From: an uncultured Verrucomicrobiae bacterium
GTDB lineage: Bacteria > Chlamydiota > Chlamydiia > Chlamydiales > Rhabdochlamydiaceae
Assembly: GCA_963806855.1 (NCBI GenBank)
Contig: CAWDYW010000003.1
Coordinates: forward strand, 480,001 to 544,000
Direction of reading: 5' to 3'
DNA length: 64,000 nucleotides
Made by a program: the position numbers and the translations under genes. The notes beneath the pieces were generated by a model. That model saw only the letters and a program-made list of their open reading frames with translations. It ran no database searches and was not told where the DNA came from. Each line of letters begins with the position of its first letter. Positions within the stretch are counted from its first letter, which is position 1. Positions 51,582 through 60,852 of the stretch are shown piece after piece.

Positions 51582-51998
51582 ATGGACAAAATCCGGTTAA
51601 ATAAAACGGTTATTAAAAGATATTTTGAAGAGGTGTGGAATCAAGGAAAATTAGAAGTGCTTGATGAGATTATCGCGCCGAACTATATCAATCATAGCCC
51701 GGGCATGCCGAATCCGGTGCCTGGGCCCGAAGGTCTAAAACCAATAATTTCCGCATTACGCAAAGCGTTCCCGGATTTATGTTTTACTATAGAAAATATG
51801 GTTATCTCAGAGACACAAGTAGCCATACATTGTACAATGCACGGCACTCATAAAGGTGATTTATTTGGTCTTGCAGCGACGGGTAGAAAAATTAAGGTAA
51901 ATCAAATGCAAATTGAACGCATTATAAATGGGAAACTTGTTGAGCATTGGCGTCAGTCCGATGATTTAGGCATGATGCGGCAACTAGGTCAGATTTAA
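51582..51998 (+). CDS. SnoaL-like ester cyclase
   Basis: AFPDL, GTHKG..FG..ATGR, GK.VEHW. Confidence 0.9.
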   Translation: MDKIRLNKTVIKRYFEEVWNQGKLEVLDEIIAPNYINHSPGMPNPVPGPEGLKPIISALRKAFPDLCFTIENMVISETQVAIHCTMHGTHKGDLFGLAATGRKIKVNQMQIERIINGKLVEHWRQSDDLGMMRQLGQI

Positions 51999-52022
51999 AT
52001 ATAAGTTCTTTATAGATACAGA

Positions 52023-53066
52023 TTATGGGGCCTTCTCTTCTATTTCCTGCATAACCTTCAAGAAATGTTCTTCTACTGGAGAAGGCTTAATTCCTAGCTC
52101 TTTGCGGTATTTTTCATACTCTACATAAGCCTTTTCTAGCGCCTCTGTATGACTAACCTTTCCAGCATCAACCAATACATTGCGTCCAGATAGTTTAAGA
52201 AAATCGTCTAATTTTGCACTCCAATCATTCATATACATTGGCTGGCGATTTAGTGCTTGCAGTTCAGCAAACTCCAAGTACGCAGTAACGATCCGGTTTA
52301 GTGTATTGAGTTCATCCTCTCTTAGATAATTTTTAGCAATGCTAGCATCTGTTTTGCGGGGAGCGTTTCCAGTCCATGATGTCATTCCCATATGCGGCTT
52401 ATTGCTATCAGCGCGATTATAAATGACTTCAGGAGCAGTATGCCCATGTGCAGCCCAATGCATTTTATTCTGTACAACTTTGAAAAATTTCAAAGTCAAT
52501 TCATTCTTGGGATCATAATCAATGCTTGTGGCATAAACATCGAGTACTTTGAGCCAAAATACCTTTTCCGAAGATCGAATATCTCTGATACGAGCCAGCA
52601 GTTCTTCAAAATAACTGGTATTACCTGCTTGTTTGAGGCGAGCATCGTCCAAAACAAAGCCCTTAACAATGAATTCCTTAAGTTGATTTGTTGCCCAAGT
52701 ACGGAATTGGGTGCCTCGATGAGAATTGACGCGATATCCTACGGCAATAATTGCCTCTAAATTGAAATGTTCAAGCTCTCGGATAACCTTTCGCTCCCCT
52801 TCCTCTTGAACTGTTGCAAAATTTGCAACAGTTGCATCTTTTTGTAGCTCAGACGTTTCGAATATATTTTTAAGATGCCTGCTAATACCGGACTTATGAA
52901 TCTGAAAAAGTTGAGCCATCTCATTGATAGTTAGCCAGACAGTTTCTCCATGCATCAACACTTCAATACGAGCTTTATCATCTTCGGTCTGAAATAAGAG
53001 AATTTCACCCTTGGATGGAAGTAGGCTATTCCGGTCCTCAGTGAAAGATCGATTTGGTTTTGGCAT
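52023..53066 (-). CDS. RhuM-family protein
   Basis: ETVWLT, IIAVGYRVNS, RIRDIRSSEK, IAKNYL. Confidence 0.92.
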   Translation of the reverse strand: MPKPNRSFTEDRNSLLPSKGEILLFQTEDDKARIEVLMHGETVWLTINEMAQLFQIHKSGISRHLKNIFETSELQKDATVANFATVQEEGERKVIRELEHFNLEAIIAVGYRVNSHRGTQFRTWATNQLKEFIVKGFVLDDARLKQAGNTSYFEELLARIRDIRSSEKVFWLKVLDVYATSIDYDPKNELTLKFFKVVQNKMHWAAHGHTAPEVIYNRADSNKPHMGMTSWTGNAPRKTDASIAKNYLREDELNTLNRIVTAYLEFAELQALNRQPMYMNDWSAKLDDFLKLSGRNVLVDAGKVSHTEALEKAYVEYEKYRKELGIKPSPVEEHFLKVMQEIEEKAP

Positions 53067-53166
53067 TTGAGCCCCTCTCAAAGAAATCAAAGCTTAAACA
53101 GATAACTTATATGATGCAATAGAAAGAATTGAAACGGAAAGGGTATAGCTCGGTCGTGCTGCGTAG

Positions 53167-54231
53167 TCATGAGATATCTCCATTTTTTTCATGGTTGAGT
53201 AGCCATTTTTTGCGTGCGATCCCCCCGCCATAACCGCCAATCTCCCCATTGCTATTAATTACCCGATGGCAGGGGATAATGAGGGCGAGTTGATTGGCAC
53301 CATTTGCTTGAGCAACAGCACGACAGGCGGAGGGTTTCCCAACTGCAACAGCCAATTCAGAATAAGAACGGGTTTCGCCAGAAGGGATTTTTTTTAATTC
53401 TTCCCAAACTCGGCTTTGAAAAGGGGACCCAATTAAAGTGATCGGGGTTTTAAATTCTGCCAGCTTACCTTCAAAATACCGACTCAGCTCCTGTTCGATT
53501 AGATCAATCGGTTTTGTACGACCAGGAATAATGGCCGATTTCATTTTCTGCCGCAATCGTTCCACTTCTCTTTCCAGACCTCGCCGTTCGACAAATTCTA
53601 GCAGGTAGAGTGTTTGTTCATCCCCGATTGCGAGCATCGGCCCTAAGGGTGTATCGAGCCATGCAGCTTTAAGGACTTGGTTATCTCCGATTTTGGAAGG
53701 TGCAGCCCCCATAATCCTCGAAAAAGCATCTCTAAAACCGCTACTGGATTCATATCCGGTTGAAAGCTGAGCTTCAATTACAAGCTCTCCAGATCTAATT
53801 TGTTTCATAGCAATCCCCATACGCCTGGCGCGTGCATATTCGACGAAGGTCATCCCGAACCGTTTTTTGAACTGGCGCCTCGCTGTGGAAGCATCTACAG
53901 CTAATTGTTGAAAATCCCGATCTTTCCACCTTTTTTCCGGATTCTTTTCCACCGCTTCGACGAGTGATCGCACCAATTCAGAGACATGATTGGGATGGGA
54001 AAGAGGTCTGCAACGCTTACAAGGCCTAAATGAGGCTAAAAGAGCTTGCTGAGCAGTCCCAAAAAATTCACAGTTCTCAAATTTTGGTTTGCGAGCTGGG
54101 CATGTTGGGCGGCAGAATACCCCAGTGGTTTTAACACCAACAAAGAAAATTCCTTCGTATTCTATCTGTTTATCTATTAATGCTCGGTAATATTCTTTTT
54201 TTTGTTTAGCAGTTATCACGCTCTTCCTCAT
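53167..54231 (-). CDS. ada: Bifunctional Ada regulator / O6-methylguanine methyltransferase
   Basis: TTGVFCRPTC, RPCKRC, AraC HTH, PCHRV; start reassigned. Confidence 0.94.
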   Translation of the reverse strand: MRKSVITAKQKKEYYRALIDKQIEYEGIFFVGVKTTGVFCRPTCPARKPKFENCEFFGTAQQALLASFRPCKRCRPLSHPNHVSELVRSLVEAVEKNPEKRWKDRDFQQLAVDASTARRQFKKRFGMTFVEYARARRMGIAMKQIRSGELVIEAQLSTGYESSSGFRDAFSRIMGAAPSKIGDNQVLKAAWLDTPLGPMLAIGDEQTLYLLEFVERRGLEREVERLRQKMKSAIIPGRTKPIDLIEQELSRYFEGKLAEFKTPITLIGSPFQSRVWEELKKIPSGETRSYSELAVAVGKPSACRAVAQANGANQLALIIPCHRVINSNGEIGGYGGGIARKKWLLNHEKNGDIS

Positions 54232-54389
54232 CAGTGAATTGAGCACTATTATATCATATTGGCAAAAGGCTGGCGCCGAAATTCGGGCATTGATTTTTTT
54301 ATAGGGGGCGGTCTCAAGTAAAAGAGCACTGGCTTGATTAAAAGATAAAAATTCACTAAGCTGATCCATTAATTTAAAAAACTAAGAGA

Positions 54390-55238
54390 ATGCAAATGAA
54401 AGGTTTTTTTTCTCAGATTTTTGGGTGGGTGCTAATTGGTTCTTCTCTATTTGCCGCTCAGACTAATGACCCTTGGAAAGGGGACGAATATGCCAAGAAC
54501 TCAGAGTCACAGAAATCCTCTGCTGAAAAGTTTATCAATGGGATCAATCTGCAGGGAGTAACCTCTGTTCTCGATGTGGGATGCGGAGATGGTAAAATCA
54601 CGGCAGCAATGGCCAAAGCTCTCCCAGATGGAGAAGTGATCGGAATTGATATCTCTCCTTCGATGATCGACTTTGCCCATTCGGCCTTTTCGAATTACTC
54701 AAACCTAACATTCTTAGTTCAAGGTGCAGCGCAGGTTAATTTTCATCAGAAGTTTGATCTGATTACTTCATTTACGGTTATGCAGTGGGTATTAGAGCAA
54801 AAACAAGCTTTAGAGGGTTTTAAGGAGTCTCTTAAACCTAATGGAAGACTTTGCATCCAAATGCCAACAGCTCTTCCGAGTGCTATGGAGCAAGCGCTTG
54901 ATCAAACGCTCTCTTCAGAAAAATGGAAGGGATATTTTACCGAGTTCACTGCCCCCTGGAAGTTCTATCAGGCTGATGAGTATCGGGACCTGCTTATGGA
55001 GACCCATTTTGTTCCTGTTCGGGTAGAGACTTATACGAAACATGAAAAGTTTCCTTCAAGGACTGTGTTTCAGGAATTTTTGAAACAATGGTTCCCCTAT
55101 TTAAGACCTCTTCCAGCTGACTTAAAGGAGCCCTTTCTTACTGAATTATTGGACCGGTATCTGCAGCTCCTTCCAGTCGATGAAAATGGACAGGTGAGCT
55201 TTATAGTGACACGTTTAGAAGTAGAAGCAACCAAATGA
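54390..55238 (+). CDS. Class I SAM-dependent methyltransferase (Tam-like) with signal-peptide-like N-terminus
   Basis: VLDVGCGDG, GIDIS..MI, LKPNG. Confidence 0.88.
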   Translation: MQMKGFFSQIFGWVLIGSSLFAAQTNDPWKGDEYAKNSESQKSSAEKFINGINLQGVTSVLDVGCGDGKITAAMAKALPDGEVIGIDISPSMIDFAHSAFSNYSNLTFLVQGAAQVNFHQKFDLITSFTVMQWVLEQKQALEGFKESLKPNGRLCIQMPTALPSAMEQALDQTLSSEKWKGYFTEFTAPWKFYQADEYRDLLMETHFVPVRVETYTKHEKFPSRTVFQEFLKQWFPYLRPLPADLKEPFLTELLDRYLQLLPVDENGQVSFIVTRLEVEATK

Positions 55239-55289
55239 ATCTTAAGGTGGCTGTAGGGTAACCTATGAGGTCAAAGCAAGGAGCTTCGC

Positions 55290-56321
55290 ATGAGACAGTT
55301 GCAACCGGGCGATAAGGTAGCTATCGTATCCCCTTCTGCAGGATTACCGCACATATTTCCATCGGTGTATGAGCAGGGATTGAAACGGATTAGAGAGATA
55401 TTTCACCTCGATCCGATAGAATTCCCCACTGCTCGTCAAAGTCCCGAATATCTTTCTAAAAACCCCAAAGCAAGGGCAGAGGATATCAATGCAGCTTTTG
55501 CCGATCCCTCGATTAAAGCGATCATCGCAACTATTGGAGGAAATGACCAAATTCGGATCCTTCCCTATCTGAGCAAAGAAGTTATTTCCTCAAACCCAAA
55601 AATATTCATGGGGTATAGCGACTGCACCAACATGCATCTCTTTCTTTGGAATTTAGGCATTGTCTCCTTCTACGGAGCGGCTGTCATGACTCAGTTTGCC
55701 ATGGGTGGGGGAATGCATGAATACACCGTCGACTCGATAAAAAAGGCTCTTTTCACTCCTTCAATTGGTCAAGTGCATGCGGCGCCGCAGTGGAGCGATG
55801 CCGATTTAGATTGGGCTGATCCCCAGAATTTGGAAAAAAAGTGCCCTATGTACAAAGGGGAAGGTTGGCAGTGGTATAACAATCAAAATCAAGTCATCGA
55901 AGGGCAATTATGGGGAGGGTGTCTTGAGGTGCTCGATCTGCATCTATCGGTAAAGCGTTACTTACCCAATTTCGAAAAGCTGAATGGCACAATCCTTTTT
56001 ATTGAAACGTCTGAAGAAATGGCGGGGGAAGGGTTTGTCTATCGATTCATTGCCGCTCTAGCAGAATTGGGGATACTACAGAGGTTTAAGGCCATTCTGA
56101 TGGGTTATCCAAAAGGGCAATTTTGTGGGATGCAACCACCTGAAGGAAGGGAAGCGTATATCCTTAACCAGCAAAATGCTGTAAAAAATGCCTTAAGGGA
56201 CTACGGCTCAAATCTGCCTGTCGTGTTTCACATGAATTTTGGCCATACCAATCCACAAATGATTATTCCCAATGGCGGGACTGTTTTAATCGATGGTGCT
56301 CGCAAGGCAATCAGCTTTTGA
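55290..56321 (+). CDS. S66 peptidase (LD-carboxypeptidase/MccF-like)
   Basis: LQPGDKVAIVSPS, GYSD, GGCL, FGHT.P. Confidence 0.92.
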   Translation: MRQLQPGDKVAIVSPSAGLPHIFPSVYEQGLKRIREIFHLDPIEFPTARQSPEYLSKNPKARAEDINAAFADPSIKAIIATIGGNDQIRILPYLSKEVISSNPKIFMGYSDCTNMHLFLWNLGIVSFYGAAVMTQFAMGGGMHEYTVDSIKKALFTPSIGQVHAAPQWSDADLDWADPQNLEKKCPMYKGEGWQWYNNQNQVIEGQLWGGCLEVLDLHLSVKRYLPNFEKLNGTILFIETSEEMAGEGFVYRFIAALAELGILQRFKAILMGYPKGQFCGMQPPEGREAYILNQQNAVKNALRDYGSNLPVVFHMNFGHTNPQMIIPNGGTVLIDGARKAISF

Positions 56322-56335
56322 CAGCGTCGGCTTGG

Positions 56336-57205
56336 CTATTCCTGGGATATTAACAACTCGTTTAGGATGCCAGTGAAAAGCGCTCGCCGCTCTAATTCAA
56401 TTTCTTTGTAAACGCTATGTTCGGGGTGAACGCCTGTAAGAATCGCCTTGCCAGCTCCAACCTCGCATTTGACGATCGCTGCTGGCTGGCCTTCAATATC
56501 AGCATAACGTGCAATAATTGAGACTCCATCATATTTTTCTGCTTCTACGAAGATGCATCCGCCGTTGTAATAGGCTGAGGTACTTGAAGAGTTATACCCC
56601 GACTCGCCCAAAAGTGTGAATTTGGACCGCGCCAAAGCCTCGGGGTTCAACTGTTTTTCCGAGGGTTGTATATATTCGATACTACCCTCGGAAAAACAGC
56701 TGAACCGCGAGAGCTTTCGCGTGGGTCCAAATTCACACTTTTGGGCGAGTCGGGGTATAGAAATCAATTTGGCTATTTGAGCTCCCTTGTGGCTTTTATA
56801 ACAAAATTTTCTGAGCCCATAGGCGGGGCCGCGAGCTATTCCGGGAAAGAACTTTAATTCCCTCGCTCCAAGAACTTCTAATGGGCCCCCTTTCTCGAAT
56901 TCGATCATCGCACTGCCATAATAACCCCCGGCGCAAATCCCTAGGAATTTCCCTCCATTCAGGACAAATTCCCTAATGTGCCCGTTCGCGGTCCCTTTTA
57001 AAGCTTGATGATAGGGGAGATCACGCCCACCTGGAAAAATCAGCAAATGGGCTGTTTTTTGCCATTTCCCCGCTTGGAGAAGCTCTCTATCAGCCCAATC
57101 AATGCAGAACTTCTGATCGATTTTTTCAAGCTTTAAAGCCGTTAGGAGCGAGGCGATGCAAAAAAGATCGGCCCCTTTATCTCGATAAATTAGAATTTTT
57201 TTCAC
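56336..57205 (-). CDS. BPL_N (biotin ligase N-terminal, GATase-like) protein with a 55-aa in-frame insert
   Basis: FPGGRDLPY, FLGICAGGYY, YYNGG, GVHPE. Confidence 0.88.
   Translation of the reverse strand: MKKILIYRDKGADLFCIASLLTALKLEKIDQKFCIDWADRELLQAGKWQKTAHLLIFPGGRDLPYHQALKGTANGHIREFVLNGGKFLGICAGGYYGSAMIEFEKGGPLEVLGARELKFFPGIARGPAYGLRKFCYKSHKGAQIAKLISIPRLAQKCEFGPTRKLSRFSCFSEGSIEYIQPSEKQLNPEALARSKFTLLGESGYNSSSTSAYYNGGCIFVEAEKYDGVSIIARYADIEGQPAAIVKCEVGAGKAILTGVHPEHSVYKEIELERRALFTGILNELLISQE
56593..56759. mobile_element. Palindromic MITE-like element, TA-flanked, in frame within the CDS
   Basis: TA|TACCCCGACTCGCCCAAAAGTGTGAATTTGGACC...GGTCCAAATTCACACTTTTGGGCGAGTCGGGGTA|TA; 163+2=165 nt. Confidence 0.9.
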
Positions 57206-57731
57206 GGGCAGATAGGTAAGTTGTAAGACAGAATGCTTTGATAATTTCTCCGATAATAAAGGGGTATAGACCGAACATCAGAGCTTTCTCAAAACCGACA
57301 ATGTTTGAAAGCCACAATACCCCAAGTCCTAATTGAAGGACACAAGAAAGGAGCAAGATAGAGAGTGTTTTTGCCCCGTGAAATGAAGCTTGCGTTTCAA
57401 TGAACCTGCCGACTAGATAAACCTGCAAAATAAATCCGCAATGATATCCTCCTGTTGGCCCTAATAAACTCAAAAAAACAGGGAAGCCGAGAGCTCCTTC
57501 AGCTAAATAGGCGAGTACACTCAGAACTCCTTTGCGACTGCCCATCGTTGCTCCGATAAACATGATGCCAAACGTTTGTCCGGTTAGTGGAATAGGAGTG
57601 AAGTAAAGGGGGATGGTTATCTGAGCACAAAGAGCCAAGAAAAAAGAGGCTCCCAAAATTTGTAAAATAGAGAAAGAGATCTCTTTCCTAGAAAATATAA
57701 ACGGCATGCTATTGATTTGAGCAGCACTCAT
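57177..57731 (-). CDS. bioY: Biotin transporter BioY
   Basis: PIPLTGQTF, YL.EG.LG.PVF, GPTGGY, PFI.GE..K. Confidence 0.92.
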   Translation of the reverse strand: MSAAQINSMPFIFSRKEISFSILQILGASFFLALCAQITIPLYFTPIPLTGQTFGIMFIGATMGSRKGVLSVLAYLAEGALGFPVFLSLLGPTGGYHCGFILQVYLVGRFIETQASFHGAKTLSILLLSCVLQLGLGVLWLSNIVGFEKALMFGLYPFIIGEIIKAFCLTTYLSAREKNSNLSR

Positions 57732-57814
57732 AGAAATTTCCCTCCAGGAGTTTGTGTTCCAGTGGGAATTTTAGTCCCTTTGTTCTACGAATTTCAATCG
57801 GGAAGTCGGCTGAC

Positions 57815-57902
57815 TAAACTAGAAAGTAGTTTAAATAAGGCTGGATGAGGTTTAAAGAAATTGGTTTTCTATTCGCGTTATAAAAAACTAGAAAGTAGTT
57901 TA
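57815..57902. promoter_or_regulatory. Two copies of palindrome AAACTAGAAAGTAGTTTA upstream of bioY (candidate operator)
   Basis: Identical 18-mers at 57816-57833 and 57885-57902. Confidence 0.45.
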
Positions 57903-57991
57903 TGACAAAATAGAAAAGGGTTTGATTTTTTTAAATTCAATCATATCGAACCCATTTGGACGATATTGTCCTCAGTCAAAGGCTGTTGTTG

Positions 57992-58057
57992 TCAGTCAGC
58001 CTGGATTCCAGCGCCAGCTCCACTATCGGAACCGGCGATTGTCAATACGCACTCCAT
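57992..58057 (-). pseudogene. thiD: 5' stump of HMP/HMP-P kinase
   Basis: MECVLTIAGSDSGAGAGIQAD*; TGATG-coupled to the THI5 stop. Confidence 0.88.
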
Positions 58058-58995
58058 CAGACGCAACACGCAATTGGTTTTACGTCGGAATAGGGCATCT
58101 CGGGCAAATAGTCATTCGTAAAGACCTTTTCAAGTTCAAACGAATCAGACAGTATTCCAAGATGTTTTGAGTAGCGGTGCACCTTGTTCCAATCCCGTTC
58201 CACATTGAGCAGGTTGCGCGAGAAGAACGGGAGAGTGCGGAGGAAGATCGCCTTGTACATCTCCGTACGTAAAGCTGGTTTGGCATTACACAGGATGTCA
58301 AACGCCTTTTCTGGCTCTTCAACGGTAAAGGCAGCCCCCCTTTGGGTAGCGCGCAGGAAGCCCTTGATCACCTCAGGATTCTCCCTCACAAAATCCTCCC
58401 GAGCGATGAATTGGATTGAGCAGAAACAGCAGCAACCTAGACCTGCCAATTGGTCGATCCGAAGTAAAATGGCCTCACCCCTTAGGTATTCCAACTCCAC
58501 CTTCTGAAAGTTGATAAACCCGATCCCAGCATCGATTTTCCCTCTGAGGATCGCATCGGTCACGTTCATCCCGACCCGCACAGTTTCATACGATGAAGGA
58601 TCGATCCCAGCTAAACGGGCGAGATCGTCGATGATCTTCTTCCCAAATTCACCGATATAGCCGATCCTTTTGCCAACGATATCGTGAAAAGTCTGAATCC
58701 CGCTCGACTTTAGAGCGATCAAACCTGTTGGTGGTTCATCGAGCAGTGTTCCCAGAGAAACAACCGGAAATCCCTTGGCCCGTGCTGCCAAAGTGTGGAT
58801 CATCGCCTTGAGACCCAAATCCATCGCTCCTACCCCCACCGCCTCAGTCACATCACTTGGATCGGTCGGTTCGTACAGAGCGAGTTTAACCCCCTCCTCC
58901 TCATAGTAACCCAACGTCTGGGCAACAAAGAGGGGAGTATGATAGGGATTTGCATACCAGTTAAGAAGAAAATTTGTTCGAATTTTTTTTGTCAT
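58057..58995 (-). CDS. thi5: THI5/NMT1-type HMP-phosphate synthase
   Basis: LNWYANPYH.P, GLKAMIHT, IGYIGEFGK, LGCCCFCS. Confidence 0.9.
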   Translation of the reverse strand: MTKKIRTNFLLNWYANPYHTPLFVAQTLGYYEEEGVKLALYEPTDPSDVTEAVGVGAMDLGLKAMIHTLAARAKGFPVVSLGTLLDEPPTGLIALKSSGIQTFHDIVGKRIGYIGEFGKKIIDDLARLAGIDPSSYETVRVGMNVTDAILRGKIDAGIGFINFQKVELEYLRGEAILLRIDQLAGLGCCCFCSIQFIAREDFVRENPEVIKGFLRATQRGAAFTVEEPEKAFDILCNAKPALRTEMYKAIFLRTLPFFSRNLLNVERDWNKVHRYSKHLGILSDSFELEKVFTNDYLPEMPYSDVKPIACCV

Positions 58996-59085
58996 CGTTT
59001 ACCTCATTAAATGAATAAAAAATGACGTGGAAGGTATACCAAACAAAATTAAGTTTTTGCCAAACCTAATAAGAGTAGTAGAAGA

Positions 59086-59161
59086 GACGTCCTTGCGCCG
59101 GCATTATCCGGATCAAGTTCTACGGGCCTCTCTCAGCCGGAAAACTCCAGCACCCCGCGTC
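59086..59161 (-). promoter_or_regulatory. TPP riboswitch aptamer
   Basis: GGGGTGC...GCTGAGA...CCCGT.GAACTTGATCCGGATAATGCCGGCGCAAGGA. Confidence 0.93.
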
Positions 59162-59219
59162 ATGTTGATGCAATGTTAACCGTGCCTGCTCAAAATTGTC
59201 GAGTTTTACTTTTTCTCCG

Positions 59220-59699
59220 CTAAAGGCTGTTTTCGAGGTTGAGCAGCCATTGTTTGTTCTCGATGCCGCCACCATAGCCGCCGATTGCGCCACTCCGATT
59301 GATTACTCGGTGGCAGGGGATGATGATGGCAAGCTGATTAGCTCCGTTGGCTTGGGCTACTGCTCGACAGCCGCGGGGATTATCGACGTTAACCGCTAAT
59401 TCGGAATAGGAAATCGTTTCACCATAGGGGATCTTTTGCAACTCTGCCCATACGCTTTTCTGAAAGGGGGTGCCGTGTGGGGCGATCGGGGTGCGGAAGT
59501 TTTGAAGTTTCCCTTCGAAATAGAGCTTGAGCTCTTGCTGAATTTGGTCGATTGGGGTGGTCCGGCCGGGTGTGGAGGGAAGTTTGCACTCTCGGCGTTG
59601 AAATTCGAGCACATGGAGAGCCTGCTCGTCTGCGATGGCGAGCATCGGGCCGAGTGGGGTGTCGATCCAAGAGGCTTTTAGGGAGGTATTATTCTTCAT
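59220..59699 (-). CDS. ogt: Methylated-DNA--protein-cysteine methyltransferase
   Basis: GTPFQ..VW, IPYGET.SY, PCHRV; start reassigned to ATG 59699. Confidence 0.92.
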   Translation of the reverse strand: MKNNTSLKASWIDTPLGPMLAIADEQALHVLEFQRRECKLPSTPGRTTPIDQIQQELKLYFEGKLQNFRTPIAPHGTPFQKSVWAELQKIPYGETISYSELAVNVDNPRGCRAVAQANGANQLAIIIPCHRVINRSGAIGGYGGGIENKQWLLNLENSL

Positions 59700-60753
59700 C
59701 AATTGCCACTCCGATCGCTGCATCTGCAGTTCCATAATAAAGGAACCACTTGTCATGGAAGTGTACGAGCCCTTGGATAAAGACTGTTCCTCCCTGATAT
59801 TGTCCTTTCATTTCGTAGGGTTTTTCGGGTGTTAAAAAACAAGATTCACTGCGGGAAATTACTTGAGTTGGATTATTTGCATCCAGAAGGACCTGGCCGG
59901 CTGAATAAGCTTTGGGAAATATCTTTGGATCGCCATGAATGGCCGAGTTTTTTCCATTATAGAAAAGGAGGATTCCTTCGTCGGTCAGAAGTGCGGGAGG
60001 ACCAGCTTCAACGAGGGCGCTGTCAAATTTCCCTTCTCGGGGAGCTAAAATGACGATGGGACGATCATCTGCATTTAGAATGGGCTGCCAGGAGATGAGA
60101 TCATCCGATGTAGCGATATGAATTTGTCCTTCACCCCAATACATCCAGTATTTGCCCTGAATTTTTGCAGCGATCAACTGATCCCCTTGCTGTCGGCAAA
60201 CAATTGAGCCGGCTTTTGACCAATGTCTTCTGGAGTAGTTTTCAAAGGCATACCCATGTTTTTCCCAGTGGATGAGATCGGTTGATGTGGCAATGCTGAG
60301 GACAGCCAGTTGACGATTCCACTGCGTATAGGTCATCACATAGGTTCCCTCTTCTGTTTCGATAATGCGCGGATCTTCGCAGCCACCTGGGAACTCATAG
60401 AGGGACTGTTGATCTCGATCGGGGAAAAGGATAGGAGTGCCGGTTCGTTGAAAATGGATCCCATCCTCGCTGATAGCCAGGCCTAAACGAGAGGTGTGCT
60501 TGCCAGTTCCTGTTCCGAAATCATCTTCAGCACGATAGATGAGATAGACTTTCCCATCCCGTACGATGGCCCCGGGGTTAAAAATATATTCTTTTTCCCA
60601 ATGGATATCTTTATCCTGGAGAGGGCAATGAAAAACGGAGTCTGGGCACGGGGCGAGGATCGGATTTGCCTCATCGACTCTTTGAAAATGCCAATCTCTA
60701 CTAAAGGCAAGGCAGGGAATAACCAATACGAGGATAATTGAGATTAGTTTCAT
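59689..60753 (-). CDS. GH130-family glycosidase/phosphorylase with signal peptide
   Basis: FNPGA, YRAED, GCEDPR, YYGTAD. Confidence 0.88.
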   Translation of the reverse strand: MKLISIILVLVIPCLAFSRDWHFQRVDEANPILAPCPDSVFHCPLQDKDIHWEKEYIFNPGAIVRDGKVYLIYRAEDDFGTGTGKHTSRLGLAISEDGIHFQRTGTPILFPDRDQQSLYEFPGGCEDPRIIETEEGTYVMTYTQWNRQLAVLSIATSTDLIHWEKHGYAFENYSRRHWSKAGSIVCRQQGDQLIAAKIQGKYWMYWGEGQIHIATSDDLISWQPILNADDRPIVILAPREGKFDSALVEAGPPALLTDEGILLFYNGKNSAIHGDPKIFPKAYSAGQVLLDANNPTQVISRSESCFLTPEKPYEMKGQYQGGTVFIQGLVHFHDKWFLYYGTADAAIGVAIDEE

Positions 60754-60777
60754 GAGATCTCATTAGTGAAAAAAGAG

Positions 60778-60852
60778 GGCGACCGACGGGGCTCGAACCC
60801 GCGACCTTCGGAATCACAATCCAACGCTCTAACCAACTGAGCTACGACCGCC
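60778..60852 (-). tRNA. tRNA-His(GUG)
   Basis: GGCGGTCGTAGCTCAGTTGGTTAGAGCGTTGGATT-GTG-ATTCCGAAGGTCGCGGGTTCGAGCCCCGTCGGTCGCC; G-1 and C73 present, CCA not fully encoded. Confidence 0.96.

Noticed and set aside
53087..53170. Short ORF MTTQHDRA... coupled to the ada stop, possibly a truncated downstream gene
   Set aside because: Too little sequence to assign.
46180..60777. Integrase-type genomic island at tRNA-His
   Set aside because: No integrase and no duplicated tRNA 3' end were found by eye.
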